From Octopus bimaculoides (taxonomy: Eukaryota), in contig NC_068985.1 of NCBI RefSeq assembly GCF_001194135.2, forward strand, positions 2,332,320 through 2,396,319: a DNA stretch of 64,000 nucleotides, written 5' to 3'. Each line of letters opens with the position of its first letter. Position 1 is the first letter of the stretch. This document shows positions 60,566-64,000 of the stretch, one piece after another. The notes below the pieces were generated by a model. The model was not told the DNA's origin. It did not search any database and was given only the letters and a program-made list of their open reading frames with translations. Both the position numbers and the translations under genes were made by a program.

Positions 60566-63500
60566 ACAAAATGTCCTTCATAACACTTAAACTCTCAATC
60601 ATGAATTTGTTTTTATTTAGGCCCGGGTCGACTCTAATGGAGCAAACCTATGCTCTAAGGTATTCTGGCATTCACCATCTTTTCTACATGACTTTTCATG
60701 ATTTAAGGTAATTTGGTTGCTATTTCTAGCCAGTTGAGTGAGTTCAGAATATCAATGGTCGTTAATTCACTAACCTTAGCGGCAAGAGACTTGAAACTGA
60801 AACTTGTGCTTTTCTTCATTGAGTGGTAAAAATACTTTGACGAAGGGCATAATTCTGTGTTGTGTAGAAAAGTCAGAGTACAAAGATAAGACCTTTAAGC
60901 ATCGTAGTTATTGTGCCTTGTCAACAGGTACATAGATACATGTGTATGCTAGACATACAATATGCTAAGGGTAGGCAACATACAACACGTAGGCATGATA
61001 CAGGTCACGAGTAAATGTTGCAATACTACACGTAGCTGATCCGTAAACGCTTTTTGTTTATTCCAAGAAATTCTTATTCTTTATGAATCACGAATGGTGT
61101 CTTGTAACATGGATTGAAGGTTCCGATTTATTCCAAATCAAACATTGATGCATACTAGTCTCAGGAAATGGAACCGCCTAATTAATATGCATTAGATATT
61201 CTCTTTGTGTACGCACGTTTTCAGGTGAGATAGTTTAAATGAGTAAACAGAAATAGCGTCGCTGTGTTTTAAGAAAATAAATCCACGATCGAAGAAAATA
61301 TAATACATTTTAATAAGATACGTTTAACGGGAAAATATTTCGATTTGGTTGTCACCGGAGTAACGAAGTTATACTTTGGATGAGTTGAGAAATGGAAGAA
61401 CAAGAAATCCAACGGAAGTTCCACATATAAAATATTTATTTATCGTTAACCAAATAATGTGTTATTACGATGAATGACAGAAAAAGAAGATATTTAAACC
61501 CAGTGAATCAGCTCAGCAGTTTGTGTAAAATGTGTCCCAACACAGACAGTTGCTGTGAGTGGTGAGGATTCTAGTAGTAACTTGGTTTGAGTTATATCAA
61601 GACCGCCAACATCATCGTCGTCGTCATCCAATGCTGAGAGACGTAAATTCCTGCAATTGACTGCTTGAACTGTATCGCCACCACTGATAGTTAGAAGTCA
61701 GTTTTATATAAAGGTAATGGTCTGTCAAAGAGAAAAGTGACAAAAGAAAAATATTAAAGGTATCCTACTTCTACCAGAGATTTGAGTGGTCAGCTCTTTG
61801 CTGATGCCATCAATCGTTAACCGATTGTTTGCTGACATCATCAGTCATTGATAGCATCCTGTTTTTATTATTGTTAGCAGCGGTGAGATGGTGCTTTGGA
61901 CTCTGCCAAAAGCTACATATATACTTTGAATTCTTTCGTTCTTAAACTCTGTTGATATACAAATGATTTCAGAAAGCAATAATTAGGAGTAATCATCTCT
62001 TATTCCTACGTTTGTTTTACAGTGAGACTCCGTTCGGTTTGGTGGTCAAAAGGCATATTAGCAGATTAAATAGCCCATTCACACACTGCCATGTATGTCT
62101 CGCAACTACTTTCAATAACAGCATACCAGATGAACCAGTTGCTGTGATATTTGTTATATAATTCAAGTTCCAAAATAAATTGCAGAAAAAAAAATCCCTT
62201 GGCAATAAATACAAAATGAAGGACATTGACTCTGAGCTTCAAAAGCTTCAAAATACTTGGACACTAAACTATTTACATTATTTACATTTGACTGGTATTT
62301 GTCCTCATCTTGTTAACAACAAACAAGATGAGGACAAATATCCGTCAAATGTAAATAATGTACATAATTCCTCATCTCTCAAATATAGAACTGTACTAAA
62401 CTACTTGACGTTACAAAACCAGTCAAAATAGAAATCTTAACAAGTTTACTGAGCAGGCAACGAAAGACGGAGTTGAATGACAGAAGGGCAGTTTCGGGAA
62501 AAAAAACGACCGTCGATCTTTTTCTTTTACTTTTTCTTCCTCTTTTTTTTTCTTTAGTTAAAGAGGAGTAAAAATTAAGGAAATATATGAAAAATGACTT
62601 CGAAAAGGAAATACATCACATATTTTCACTTTTAAAAAACCGAAGTACAGGATCCAAGCATTTTTGTGAAATAGTTCAAGAATAATAGTTTATTTTTTGT
62701 TGATTTTGCTTGTATGCCAGGTTATTTACTATCCTGACAGATGAGGAAATGAAGACTGCACCAGGTAATTATCAAACAGAATTGATTGGGATGTTGTTTG
62801 ACAACATATTAAGATAAGAATTTTATTCTAAAATTGTGTTAGTTCTTCAGTTCTTTAGAAATATATTCATCTAACTGGAAAATGAACCTAGTTATTCATG
62901 CAAAAAGGAAGACAATATTTGGCAGCACTTATTCATGTGATCAATTATTTTCGAAAATGAAGTAGACTAACAACTACTTAAGAACGAAACTGACTGAAAC
63001 CCAGCCAGACAATGTCTTGCTACAAGCATCAGCAAATCTGAAAACCATTATTGAGGTGGTTTCAACCAACAAACAGCATCAAGTTTTGCAGTGATTCAAT
63101 GATTGTTCGCATTTAAATTAAATAGTTTTTTTTTTTCATTCTACTTAATTTGCCCTCATTCAATGCATCATGTTTCTATTTTTTTATAATTCGTGTGTTT
63201 TACAGATTTTTAACGATTCATTGTATGTTTTTATGAAATGACCTGATTGAAATAAATTGAGACTAAATTGAGTTCTTTCATTACTAAGCAAAATTATTTT
63301 CTTAAATGTGTCATTTTATTGATTTTGTAAAAAAAAATATGACTAGATGCATTCAAATGGATAAATCTCATAGTTAAAATTTTATATGGCATTTATCTGT
63401 CCACCATGCACTCATTAATATGCTGTCCAGGCCTGCAGATGTAAACAGGTGAATGACTCCTATGTACAGCTGTACTATACACACAATCAGAAGTGCTGTG

Positions 63501-64000
63501 TTCGATACATATAACCTCTTTCCTGTTGCAAGAATGAATTGCTATGAAGTCACATGATCCGACCAATTTAACAGACAACAAACTCCCTCAGTAATCTCCC
63601 TAAGAAGTTAGGTTATCTGACTCACTAAAAATATCTGCCAAATCTTCCTCGAATCACAACCTACTACTATTTTGAAAAACGAAGGATAAATTGGATGATG
63701 TTGGTATCATATACACTCTGTCTGAATAAAAGATAAGATGATCACACCTGAAACATTTTTTATCAGACTCACCCTTTGGCAAGAGCTAAGTCACTATTAT
63801 ATTTTAAAATGGAGGCATAGACCTATGTTTTGAAGATCAGGATGGCTCTGTGGCCATAACTAGATTCATCAAGGGAAAAATTTCCATGCTAATAAAAATT
63901 ACTCAACAACAATCTGCATGCAGTTACACAAACACACACACACGCAACCTCCCCACACACACACATGGAAGCACACATACACTCAAACACACACATATTT

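Noticed and set aside
39447-62764. Other possible exons (39447-39527, ending 48193, 62741-62764; also 6735 and 10551 acceptors)
   Set aside because: Splice-like signals but no recognisable protein and no consistent chain of phases.

Overview
AT-rich, microsatellite-dense eukaryotic scaffold with 9 N-gaps. The SINE families, compound (TG)/(TA)/(ATGT)/(CAT) repeats and TE mix look like a coleoid cephalopod, probably Octopus (inference, no search run). No host protein-coding gene is confidently recognisable; one tentative two-exon small ORF lies at 21280-24177. Recognisable content is mobile DNA: two near-full-length D,D34D mariners plus fragments, Tc1, hAT and Gypsy relics, several RTE LINEs (one ~3 kb BovB-like copy ending in three C2H2 fingers), two R4-like restriction-endonuclease retrotransposon 3' ends, two Penelope-like GIY-YIG fragments, three tRNA-derived SINE families and several MITEs. 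The main non-obvious signal is six small type I hammerhead ribozyme motifs from four sequence families (19343, 22507, 38298, 43367, 59533, 60046). One family repeatedly forms fold-back elements whose inverted arm starts at or next to the predicted self-cleavage site. A short TIR element carrying a SAP plus truncated SWIM-like ORF (46289-47070) is also notable. All structures were read by eye; none is computationally or experimentally verified.
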